Position numbers and translations under genes: made by a program
Shown here: positions 36,076-43,876 of the stretch, piece after piece
Position numbering within the stretch: position 1 is the stretch's first letter
Layout: every line of letters starts with the position of its first letter
The notes under the pieces: model-generated
Told to the model about the DNA's origin: nothing
Seen by the model: only the letters and a program-made list of their open reading frames with translations
The model's database searches: none
Assembly: GCA_049684795.1 (NCBI GenBank)
Contig: JBAVGL010000332.1
Coordinates: forward strand, 1 to 56,731
Length of the DNA stretch: 56,731 nt
Source of the DNA: Chitinivibrionales bacterium
GTDB lineage: Bacteria > Fibrobacterota > Chitinivibrionia > Chitinivibrionales > FEN-1185
Direction: 5' to 3'

Positions 36076-36552
36076 ATGAGAACATATCATAATTACCCAC
36101 TCCAATGGACTCCGCACTTCCACCGGTTCCTGCTCGAACTCGAATCCATCGAAAACGACACCGGAGAGGTTTGCATGCACTGCCTGCGACCGATCTGGAA
36201 ACAGCACTCGACGGTGATGATCGGAAAATCGACGTATCACTTGGCTTGCTTCAGTTGGCGCGTGATCGAGAAAATAAATTACACTCCGCCGGTAAAATCT
36301 GACATCTGGGGACGTTGCCGGTCCTGTGGTGGTCTGACTGAGTTTGGCATTTGTATCAAATGCGGTTTTGGGGTGATCTGTTCTCGATGCGGCCGCGTGA
36401 AATATCCCGATGGATCCTGGAGGATCAGCCAGAAACCGACCGTTATCTCGCACGGGTTTTGCAAACCGTGTATACGGATACTATACGGCGCCCAGGCCGA
36501 CCGGATAATCGCGCGGATCGACGCGCATGAGGAGGAGGCGGCCCATGCTTGA
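36076..36552 (+). CDS. Cys-rich (multi zinc-ribbon-like) protein
   Basis: 158 aa with CMHC, CRSCGG..CIKCG..CSRCG and CKPC pairs. Confidence 0.5.
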   Translation: MRTYHNYPLQWTPHFHRFLLELESIENDTGEVCMHCLRPIWKQHSTVMIGKSTYHLACFSWRVIEKINYTPPVKSDIWGRCRSCGGLTEFGICIKCGFGVICSRCGRVKYPDGSWRISQKPTVISHGFCKPCIRILYGAQADRIIARIDAHEEEAAHA

Positions 36553-37042
36553 ACTCACCGAACTGATAAACCCAGGCGAACCATTCCCCAGAAAAGCTAA
36601 AATCGTTTTTGAATCCGAATATGAACTCATTAAAAAACATGGCTTTACCCTCGACGAAATAGAAATCGCGTTGAAAAAACACAAACTCGTCCAGGGGAAA
36701 TATATCCTGGACCTATCGCATACATACCGGACAGAGATCCCGCATGATCGACTGTTTGCCGGGTATACCGCGGATAAAATCCGGACAGCGATTATCGACA
36801 GCATGCGCGAACAGACGATCGACGACATAATCCAGGAATACGCGGGCGGGCTCATAATTGATGAAATCAAAAAACTTCTCGGACTCTCAGACACGGCATG
36901 GCGGAATATACAGTCGCGCCTCGGGAAAAAAATGCGTCATCACCGCGACTTGGCCGAAAATCTATTTTTATGGGAGGAATTGCGATGTCGGCGAGCCCCA
37001 TGCCAGATTACGATACGGCAGAAAATTACAATCCACCGATGA
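36545..37042 (+). CDS. Hypothetical protein
   Basis: Start set at MLELTELI, preceded by GAGGAGGAGG. No motif recognised. Confidence 0.45.
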   Translation: MLELTELINPGEPFPRKAKIVFESEYELIKKHGFTLDEIEIALKKHKLVQGKYILDLSHTYRTEIPHDRLFAGYTADKIRTAIIDSMREQTIDDIIQEYAGGLIIDEIKKLLGLSDTAWRNIQSRLGKKMRHHRDLAENLFLWEELRCRRAPCQITIRQKITIHR

Positions 37043-37263
37043 ATTGCCCTCACTGTTCTGGCCACCTATACATGCAGGGTGGCCAGTTTCAAATTTCAGG
37101 CCAGATTGTCACCCACGGATTTTGCCAGAACGAAAAATGTAGATCCTACGGCAAACCGCTCCGGTTTATTCTCCCATCGCTTCCTTCCACGGAATCCCGG
37201 TCGCCATCTTCTGTTCGTAATGAAACCGTTTGCGTGTCGCAATGGCCCCAGGAATCCGTTTAA
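36985..37263 (+). CDS. Small zinc-ribbon protein
   Basis: Start at MSASPMPDY, preceded by GGGAGG. CPHCSG...CQNEKC. The 3-prime ~98 nt overlap the convergent primase gene. Confidence 0.4.
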   Translation: MSASPMPDYDTAENYNPPMNCPHCSGHLYMQGGQFQISGQIVTHGFCQNEKCRSYGKPLRFILPSLPSTESRSPSSVRNETVCVSQWPQESV

Positions 37264-39871
37264 GCAGTCTACCCCACGACTTGGACCAGGGAGAGTCTCT
37301 GAGCAGCTTCTTGAGGCCCTTCTGCGAATCTGAGATATAAATTAGACCAGCGTCGCGATCGAGACTGATGCCGTAACGCTTCAAACTCATTGCCTCGGGA
37401 CAGAGATCAATGTTTTCCCCCGAATACGATTCGGTCCAATCCTGCAAATATTGCAGGAGTTCCGCAATCGAAATTTCCCCGGGCCTCAATGCGTTCGGGA
37501 TGCAGGACCCTAAAATATGTTCCAGGCAGGCTTTTACATCTGATTTTTGATTCACGGCCTCCTGATCTCCCCAATTCTGAGCATCGACCCAGGCCTGAGC
37601 GGCCTCAACAGTAACCACACTATCAGACACCAGCGAGTAAGCGCCGGCCAGAAGCGGCGCCACCTGGTCCCCGGATCGGCGATTGCCGATTTTATCCGAG
37701 ACCACTATGGTAAAAACGTCGATGTTTTTGCGGATTACCGGGATCATATTAATTATTCGCATTCGAAACGCCGCGCACCAATCGTCGGTAATCGTTTCCG
37801 AAATCAGTTTTTTCAGGTCTGCAAAATGTTCCTTCTTGGTTTTCCCGAGCCGATCAAACGGAGACTGTAGCCCGATCACGGAAATCCGAGTCTCGTCGGC
37901 CTGCTGATAGAGATTGACACCGACGGAGCTCATGAAAAACGAGGACCGAATGCGAAATGAAATGGCCCTATGGTCCTGGCCGCCCTTGGTGATGCGTGCG
38001 CCGTTGTCGGAAAATGCCTGCCGAGCGAGAGTGAGAATTGATTGTATACGCTGCTGTGCCGACCAATCCTCTCCCTCGAACTCATCGATCACCACGGCCA
38101 GCGCGTCGGTATTGAGCGTTTGCCGGATACCTGCTTCGGTAGTGGCGGATGACAATGGCAACGCAAACTCCCCCAGGATCGGCCGCATGATCGAGTCAAT
38201 GATAAACGTTTTCCCGGCGCCGGCCTGAGATGTCAGCCATAAATGTGGTCGATATTTTAGGGCGCCGCAGATGCAGGCGACAGCCACCCAGCCGGTGAAC
38301 AGTTTTGAATGCAGCGGTTTTTCCCAGAAAAGCATATCGGAAATTTGTTGCAGACGATTTGCGGAGAGTTTAGACAGCGATTCCCCGGGCTCGTGTTCGA
38401 GTGGTACCGCGGCCTCGTAAATAAACCGGGTTTTAATTTCGGCGAGGTCCATGGGTTTCCCATCGACGATCAGATGATCGCCCAGATGCAGGACTGAGCG
38501 CCCCTCATCATACCACGCGCCACGGCCGCGCTGCATATCCGGATTATAAATTCCAACAGATTCAGAACCCCGCAGTAATTCGCACGCGGCCAGCCGCCAT
38601 TGTACACCCTGCTTACCCGGATAACGAGTCTCCCAAAATTGCAGGGGCGCCAGGGCGATCAACTCGCCGGATCCGTGCTGAGACCGCCGTATTGCCATGA
38701 CCTGGCGCGTACCGTTCGGCAGATAATAGCAATGGTCCCGGAGAATGCCGAGAAAAATAAATGGGAATTTTTTTTCGTCAGGATTGTTTTCCGGTGGCGG
38801 GGGCGGCGGAGGTGGCGATTCCTCGATCTGTTTAACCGGCAGAGAGACCGGCTTAAATCTGGTTTTCTTGATAAAAGCAACTACTGCCGCAAAATCCCAA
38901 CCATCATTTAGGATCGCGTCGGCCGCGTCCCAGGCTTTCGGTTTGTCTTCTGGAATTTTGAGCACGAGGAATTCCGTCGCGGCGATCCGCGTCATAACAT
39001 CATCCATGGCCTTGCGTCCGACGTCGTCATTGTCCGGCCACAATAGTAATTTTCTTCCGTTCAGTGGTCCCCAATCGGCTTTCGAAACGGCATTCACCCC
39101 GCCGACCCAGCAGGTTGCAACGATATCCGCCTGAGCCGTTTCAAACAGTGCCTGTAGGGCCTCGGCTTTTTTCTCGCCCTCTACGACTACCACTTGCGCA
39201 GAGGGCGAATGCGATATTTTATCCAGATTGTATATCGGGCGCGCGCCCTCGATACCGCGGAAACGCCATTTTATTTTTCCATCCTGGTTTTTCCATAGTG
39301 TCAATTGAGGAGTTTCTTTGCCTTCCGGAGTTTCGTATCGCACCACGTAGAATAAAATCACACCGAGCTGGTTTTTATATGGCCAGAAATGCGTGATTTT
39401 ATAGCCGAACCAAACACCTTCGATTTTTATTCGGCGTTCGATAGGCAATTTTGGAGGGTTCTCTGCTACGGATTTTTGCAGGGTCCACACATCGGGCGGT
39501 TTTGGCTGAGCCGGTTCGGTTGGGCGTTGCGGGGCGGGTTGATCGATTGATAATATTTTGCTCAATTGCAGTGCCGCCTCTCCGTTTTTTATCCCGTTGA
39601 TATATGCGTATAGACTGATCAGATCCCCGCCGCGATCCGCCGTGGCAAAATCCGCCCAGTACCCGGTTGACAGATTAATTTTAAATGACCCCGCCGAGCC
39701 GTCGGCACGCGTGGGATTTTTAACCGTGTATTCCTGCCCGACAAGTTTTCCACCCGGAACCCATTGCTCGATAAGGGCGCGCGCGCAGGAGAGAGCGGTT
39801 TGAGATATTGTATTAAAATCAATGGTTTTGTTCATGAGGTTTTTAAAATCCGCGCCCAACGTGTGCCGCAT
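37166..39871 (-). CDS. Bifunctional primase-helicase (Toprim primase plus P-loop NTPase)
   Basis: N-terminal GSFKINLSTGYWADFA..GGDLISL is a phage/plasmid primase motif. Toprim region VVVVEGEKKAEAL...WPDNDDVGRKAM. A poly-Pro linker (PPPPPPPP) follows. Walker A SQAGAGKTF and Walker B AVVIDEFEGE. Confidence 0.85.
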   Translation of the reverse strand: MRHTLGADFKNLMNKTIDFNTISQTALSCARALIEQWVPGGKLVGQEYTVKNPTRADGSAGSFKINLSTGYWADFATADRGGDLISLYAYINGIKNGEAALQLSKILSIDQPAPQRPTEPAQPKPPDVWTLQKSVAENPPKLPIERRIKIEGVWFGYKITHFWPYKNQLGVILFYVVRYETPEGKETPQLTLWKNQDGKIKWRFRGIEGARPIYNLDKISHSPSAQVVVVEGEKKAEALQALFETAQADIVATCWVGGVNAVSKADWGPLNGRKLLLWPDNDDVGRKAMDDVMTRIAATEFLVLKIPEDKPKAWDAADAILNDGWDFAAVVAFIKKTRFKPVSLPVKQIEESPPPPPPPPENNPDEKKFPFIFLGILRDHCYYLPNGTRQVMAIRRSQHGSGELIALAPLQFWETRYPGKQGVQWRLAACELLRGSESVGIYNPDMQRGRGAWYDEGRSVLHLGDHLIVDGKPMDLAEIKTRFIYEAAVPLEHEPGESLSKLSANRLQQISDMLFWEKPLHSKLFTGWVAVACICGALKYRPHLWLTSQAGAGKTFIIDSIMRPILGEFALPLSSATTEAGIRQTLNTDALAVVIDEFEGEDWSAQQRIQSILTLARQAFSDNGARITKGGQDHRAISFRIRSSFFMSSVGVNLYQQADETRISVIGLQSPFDRLGKTKKEHFADLKKLISETITDDWCAAFRMRIINMIPVIRKNIDVFTIVVSDKIGNRRSGDQVAPLLAGAYSLVSDSVVTVEAAQAWVDAQNWGDQEAVNQKSDVKACLEHILGSCIPNALRPGEISIAELLQYLQDWTESYSGENIDLCPEAMSLKRYGISLDRDAGLIYISDSQKGLKKLLRDSPWSKSWGRLLKRIPGAIATRKRFHYEQKMATGIPWKEAMGE

Positions 39872-39884
39872 AGCCGAAGTGTAC

Positions 39885-40448
39885 TCATTTTGGCTTGCGG
39901 CTGTTGTATGCTGTTAATCGCGCTTCCGAAGTGTTCTCCGGGGCGCTGTCTTGAGCGCAGGACGCGCTCTCTTGTTTCATAAAGCAGAGCCAGTGCGTTT
40001 TCTGAGACTTCCCGGATGGGTGGCCGAACAATGGCTTTTCTTCCGTACATTTCAAAACCTCGCTCAATAAAACATCGCATTCATTCCATTTAAAAATCAG
40101 AATACCATTTACTTTTAAAACACGAAAGCACTCTGAAAATCCTTTGCTTATATCTTCTCGCCACGTTTGCCGGTCAAGGCTACCGTAGCATTTTGCCATG
40201 TAACTATTTTCACCTAAAAAAAAATGTGGTGGGTCAAAAACTACAAGTTGGAAAGTGCAATCCGGCACATCCATTTTTCTAAAATCCATTACCACGTCAG
40301 GCAAGCATTTCCTTACTCTTGCGTCTTTCCCACTTCCAACAATTTCCGGTTCCATTACGCGCCGGTCCGCAAATACCACGTTAGGATTCTGCTTGTCAAA
40401 CCAGAAAGCACGACCACCACAGCAAGCATCTAATATTTGTTTTTGCAT
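39885..40448 (-). CDS. SAM-dependent nucleic-acid N-methyltransferase (DPPH motif)
   Basis: Start set at MQKQILDACCGG, which has a promoter-like cassette and an AAGAGAAAA RBS upstream. ILDACCGGRAFWF is motif I and VVFDPPH is motif IV of amino-methyltransferases. Confidence 0.7.
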   Translation of the reverse strand: MQKQILDACCGGRAFWFDKQNPNVVFADRRVMEPEIVGSGKDARVRKCLPDVVMDFRKMDVPDCTFQLVVFDPPHFFLGENSYMAKCYGSLDRQTWREDISKGFSECFRVLKVNGILIFKWNECDVLLSEVLKCTEEKPLFGHPSGKSQKTHWLCFMKQESASCAQDSAPENTSEARLTAYNSRKPK

Positions 40449-40490
40449 TTTGTTTTCTCTTCGCGGCACGACGCCGCGTTCTTGCGCCCC

Positions 40491-40527
40491 GGCTATAATT
40501 TCCAGAGCGCAAAAATTTCTTACAACG
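40491..40527 (-). promoter_or_regulatory. Repeated leftward promoter-like cassette, copy P1
   Basis: Minus strand reads CGTTGTAA-17 nt-GAAATTATAGCC. A hairpin CGCGGC-gtcgt-GCCGCG (40462-40478), an RBS and the ATG at 40448 follow. Confidence 0.45.
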
Positions 40528-40533
40528 TTCCAC

Positions 40534-41610
40534 CTATGGCGAAGTTTGCGCTTCGCAAATTTGGGGCGCTTCGCCCGGCATGGCGATGTTGTGTGATGTA
40601 CCGGCCTGTTCCTTAATGTCCTGCTGGGCACTCTTCGCACAGGACGTGCGATCTTCGTATTGGCACTCCGGCAGCGTGCCAGAAAGTATCGCGTTTCCGC
40701 AAGTGATGCGCCCCTTGTCTTCATCTTCGCTTGCAATAAATACAAGCGTTTCAAATCCTGACTTTTTCAATCGTTCCTCAAGTTCAAGATACGGTTCTGG
40801 GGTTGTATAATCACCTTCTGTTTTAATTCCGTTTTGCAACGCCTCTGCCGTTTTGTGCATTGGCGTAAGTTTCGCAATGTACAGTTCAGGAGAAAAAAGC
40901 CTTGCAAGTTTTTCCGTATCAACCGTGTACCCAGCAACCGCAAAATTGAGCGTGATTTTTCTTCCGACCGGAATAATTCCGCGCATAATATCGGCAATCT
41001 CTTCGAGCGTACAGGCATTGCTTGAAAACATGCGCTGTCGTTCAGCTTCGTCCGTTGAGTTTATCGAAAGTTGCAACCCTGCATTCCCTTTGTAAACTCG
41101 GTTTTTGAGGCGCATCCAAGTATGCACAAAGGTCTTTAGCCATTCATTCCGGCGCGGCATCATGGTTGAAACAACGGGGTGTGGATTGTAAGTATCGCCA
41201 AGGTGTTCCATAATCCATTTGCCACAATCCAAAACGGCGGGATTCCAAGATGGCTCCCCCATGCGTGCAAAGTGAATATTAAGGCGGTTCGTTTGGCTCG
41301 GAACTCCCGGCAAAGTGAGAGCAATAAGAATCTGGCTGCAAAGATCGTGAAATGTGGCGTTTCTCCCTGCACCAACTTTGGGAACATCACAAAATTCGCA
41401 ACCCATAGAACACCCGTATTGAGTTGACACAGTGACAACCCATTTTTCGGTAAGAGGCATAAGCGGCAACCCACTTGGAACCGGCTTGTGCTGATTTAGA
41501 TTGATTTTTTGGCCATAGTCGGCAAGAGAAAGCATTTCCAGTTTTCCTTTTGCTCCCTCGACGATAAGAATATTACCGGTTGGCACGGCAAGATTTTGAA
41601 TTATTTGCAT
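40534..41610 (-). CDS. Radical SAM enzyme with RlmN/Cfr-like architecture
   Basis: Start set at MQIIQNL, preceded by AGGAGA. VSTQYGCSMGCEFC is a CX3CX2C motif in an RlmN-like context. GLQLSINSTDEAERQRMF, IAKLTPMH and the C-terminal ITCGNAIL parallel the RlmN motifs ALSLHA, NLIPFN and AACGQL. The last ~20 codons run into repeat copy 1. Confidence 0.7.
   Translation of the reverse strand: MQIIQNLAVPTGNILIVEGAKGKLEMLSLADYGQKINLNQHKPVPSGLPLMPLTEKWVVTVSTQYGCSMGCEFCDVPKVGAGRNATFHDLCSQILIALTLPGVPSQTNRLNIHFARMGEPSWNPAVLDCGKWIMEHLGDTYNPHPVVSTMMPRRNEWLKTFVHTWMRLKNRVYKGNAGLQLSINSTDEAERQRMFSSNACTLEEIADIMRGIIPVGRKITLNFAVAGYTVDTEKLARLFSPELYIAKLTPMHKTAEALQNGIKTEGDYTTPEPYLELEERLKKSGFETLVFIASEDEDKGRITCGNAILSGTLPECQYEDRTSCAKSAQQDIKEQAGTSHNIAMPGEAPQICEAQTSP
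40536..40568. repeat. Palindromic GC-rich element, copy 1 of 3
   Basis: atggcgaagtttgcgcttcgcaaatttggggcg. Contains the hairpin GCGAAG-tttgcg-CTTCGC. Lies at the 3-prime end of the radical SAM ORF. Confidence 0.85.
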
Positions 41611-41652
41611 TTGGTTTTCTCCTGCCGCCACGATGGCGGCTCTTGTGCCCAG

Positions 41653-41692
41653 CCTATAATATTTGATTTACAGGCCGGTATTTCTTACAACG
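41653..41692 (-). promoter_or_regulatory. Repeated leftward promoter-like cassette, copy P2
   Basis: Minus strand reads CGTTGTAAGAAAT...TATTATAGGC, with a longer spacer. The hairpin GCCGCCA-tcg-TGGCGGC (41624-41640), AGGAGA and the ATG at 41610 follow. Confidence 0.4.
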
Positions 41693-41718
41693 TTCTCGCA
41701 AACGGGCGCTGTGCCCGC

Positions 41719-42033
41719 CTACAAATCCCCTTCAAATTCCATAGTGTCCTGCGGCGCGTCTTGCATTTGGTTTACTCTTCGAATCAGCCGGTCGAGAGCG
41801 TTCTTCGGGCTATTGTCCCCGGGGCCGTTGTCGGCGACTTCACAATCCTCATCTTCTTCTTCCCATTCTTTTTTGCGGGAGTAGAAGACAACTTTCGAAT
41901 AATCGTTCGGCATCATTTCGCACGAAAGAACCTGTTCCTTCGCCATTTCACAAGCGTCGTCCGGCAACTCCACGGAAGTTTCTTCGCGATTGCCGAACGG
42001 GTGAACAAACTGAGTCAATTTCACGGTTCCCAT
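41719..42033 (-). CDS. Acidic hypothetical protein
   Basis: 104 aa with RBS AAAGGAAAAAG. Carries an EEEDEDCE acidic patch. Confidence 0.5.
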   Translation of the reverse strand: MGTVKLTQFVHPFGNREETSVELPDDACEMAKEQVLSCEMMPNDYSKVVFYSRKKEWEEEDEDCEVADNGPGDNSPKNALDRLIRRVNQMQDAPQDTMEFEGDL

Positions 42034-42401
42034 TTCTTTTTCCTTTCTTCGCGCCGCCTATAATATCTGGCTTTAACGAGACACGGCTTATCTTTACAAT
42101 AGCGACCTTTAATAATCCAACAGTTATAACCAGCACACTCCCACGAATGGCATGGCACCATAGCGCTGTTAGTGGATGTGACTTGCGCTTCCTTGATGTA
42201 TTGCTGCGCGTTTGGGAGCGGGCAATCATCCAGAAAGTCACAGGACACAACCATTTTTGGTATTGACTCTAAAAGCTTTTGACAATAATATTCCCCGTTA
42301 AGCTCAGCTACTTCAGTACATGAGCAACAATCAGCACAGCAAGCAATTTCTACAATGCGACAACCATTTTTTACTTGCCCGCTATATTTTCCTTTTTTCA
42401 T
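42021..42401 (-). CDS. Cys-rich hypothetical protein
   Basis: Start set at MKKGKYSGQ, directly after a degenerate cassette copy (42408-42446). Many cysteines (CCADCCSC). Confidence 0.4.
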   Translation of the reverse strand: MKKGKYSGQVKNGCRIVEIACCADCCSCTEVAELNGEYYCQKLLESIPKMVVSCDFLDDCPLPNAQQYIKEAQVTSTNSAMVPCHSWECAGYNCWIIKGRYCKDKPCLVKARYYRRREERKKKWEP

Positions 42402-42451
42402 CGCGCAGCCTTTCAATTTTAAAAGCGCAAGGCATTTACACCAACGTTTGC

Positions 42452-42661
42452 CTAAGTGCGAAGTGCCGTTTCGGCATTTAGGCGCTTTTTTAACCAATCC
42501 ATTAAATAGTCAACTGTGTCGGTTGAATGATGCCCGTCCGCAAAATATTCACGGCACATATTAAGCGCCGTCGCACTTTGGCTGTTGTAAACGTGTTTTT
42601 GGCGCATCCTTGATTTTCTTCCGGCGCGATCTTTTTTTGTTTTCGTATTCTTGGTATTCAT
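42452..42661 (-). CDS. Small basic hypothetical protein
   Basis: 69 aa. GGAG lies 6 nt upstream of the ATG. Confidence 0.4.
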   Translation of the reverse strand: MNTKNTKTKKDRAGRKSRMRQKHVYNSQSATALNMCREYFADGHHSTDTVDYLMDWLKKRLNAETALRT

Positions 42662-42730
42662 CGTTATCTCCGCAGTAATCTGTTGTTAAAAATTCTGCCA
42701 TACCGTCAGGATCAAATTCTAAATCCATTA

Positions 42731-42847
42731 CTTCCAATCCTTTGGTTTGTCAATAATAATCCAATTAGGTTTGCTGTTAAATTTTGCTTTGTTATAAAAT
42801 ATCTTATCTTTTGGCAACGGTGTTTTTAACATTTCTTTGCTTGTCAT
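42731..42847 (-). CDS. Very small hypothetical protein (38 aa)
   Basis: Not in the ORF track. MTSKEMLKTPLPKDKIFYNK..., preceded by GAGGAGAAGC and cassette copy P5. Confidence 0.3.
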
Positions 42848-42865
42848 TTTGCTTCTCCTCGCGCC

Positions 42866-42903
42866 GGACTTTAATTTCCAAGCGCCAAAAATTGTTTACA
42901 ACG
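42866..42903 (-). promoter_or_regulatory. Repeated leftward promoter-like cassette, copy P5
   Basis: Minus strand reads CGTTGTAA-17 nt-GAAATTAAAGTCC. Confidence 0.45.
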
Positions 42904-42937
42904 TACACGGCACCCGCCTGCCGGCCGGTATGCCTGG

Positions 42938-43807
42938 TTAATTACTTATCCCGGCTGGCATGGCTGCCGTTGTTAGAGGCTGTTTAACCGGACCTCCACA
43001 CATGGCACCGATACACGCCGGTCTTGACCAACGCCAGCCCCACTTAATCCATTCATGATCGCGCCTGCCTTCTTTATCCCGGTAGATCATAACCATAGGC
43101 ATGAGGCCTATCGTACAGGCCCGGCGACATCTTCGTTCCGCTGACTCGATAGTGTCGTTTGGATAACCAGCAAGAACGTAACACCTGAAAGTGTGCGACG
43201 AAGATTTGAACCCCGCCGCCCATATTAATTTGCAGGCCTGTTCAAGCGGCTCCCAATCCGATTCTTCGTCATACGCGAAAAACACTCTTTTAGGTTTAAT
43301 GCTTGCAAGTAAATCAACGTGCCATTTTTGGAGCCGCTTGGCTTCAATGCCGCCAGTAAACTCGGCGCGAACCGGTTGACGTGCAAGCATGTTGAAAACA
43401 GATCGAATGTGTTCTTCCGAACAGGCCAGCAAATTATCGTCCAGTATGTTCCACCCGTTTTCTATCGGCAATTCCAACAGGCGGGGTTCTCTTTTCCAGA
43501 CCGCGCAGAACCAGCACTTGTTTGGGCAACCCCTCGATGTGATGACATAGCCTGGTTTAAGGTACATGCCGGGCTGGAAAACGTCGCCGGGTTGATTGTA
43601 TGCCGGGCCTCCCATTTTTACAGGCGCGATCCGTTCCCATTGGGCCGCCAAAAACTCAGCATGAGATATATCGTATGTAAAGGCAACCGAAACATGCACC
43701 TCTGAAATGTCCGGCAAAAACATAGGCGGCGGCCCAAAGAACGCTAATTTGTCTGTGGGGCTGGCCTTCGTTTTCCGGGGAAAAACTCTTGCGATAGTCG
43801 GTGCCAT
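42938..43807 (-). CDS. Radical SAM enzyme (second, unrelated type)
   Basis: VITSRGCPNKCWFCAV is a CX3CX2C motif. FTGGIEAKRL and YVLAGYPNDT resemble core radical SAM strands. Confidence 0.7.
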   Translation of the reverse strand: MAPTIARVFPRKTKASPTDKLAFFGPPPMFLPDISEVHVSVAFTYDISHAEFLAAQWERIAPVKMGGPAYNQPGDVFQPGMYLKPGYVITSRGCPNKCWFCAVWKREPRLLELPIENGWNILDDNLLACSEEHIRSVFNMLARQPVRAEFTGGIEAKRLQKWHVDLLASIKPKRVFFAYDEESDWEPLEQACKLIWAAGFKSSSHTFRCYVLAGYPNDTIESAERRCRRACTIGLMPMVMIYRDKEGRRDHEWIKWGWRWSRPACIGAMCGGPVKQPLTTAAMPAGISN

Positions 43808-43876
43808 ATTAGTATAAAAGTCCGGTTAAATTGCCTCTAACGTCCGCCGCACTCGCCCGAAGCGCGGTAATACCGG

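Noticed and set aside
38796-38820. The poly-proline run (PPPPPPPP) in the primase-helicase as a possible repeat or slippage site.
   Set aside because: It is encoded by mixed GGN codons on the complementary strand rather than by a homopolymer. It sits at a plausible interdomain linker, so I treated it as an ordinary linker.
40449-40754. The 102-codon N-terminal extension of the methyltransferase ORF (track ORF 39885-40754).
   Set aside because: The extension reads through the palindromic repeat and the promoter-like cassette and overlaps the radical SAM gene. An internal ATG at 40448 has an RBS and starts exactly at methyltransferase motif I.
42662-42732. An alternative small ORF (MDLEFDPDGMAEF...) overlapping the start of 42452-42661 in another frame.
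   Set aside because: It is below 60 aa and conflicts with the ORF that has a GGAG RBS. The sequence alone cannot decide between them, so it is not called.
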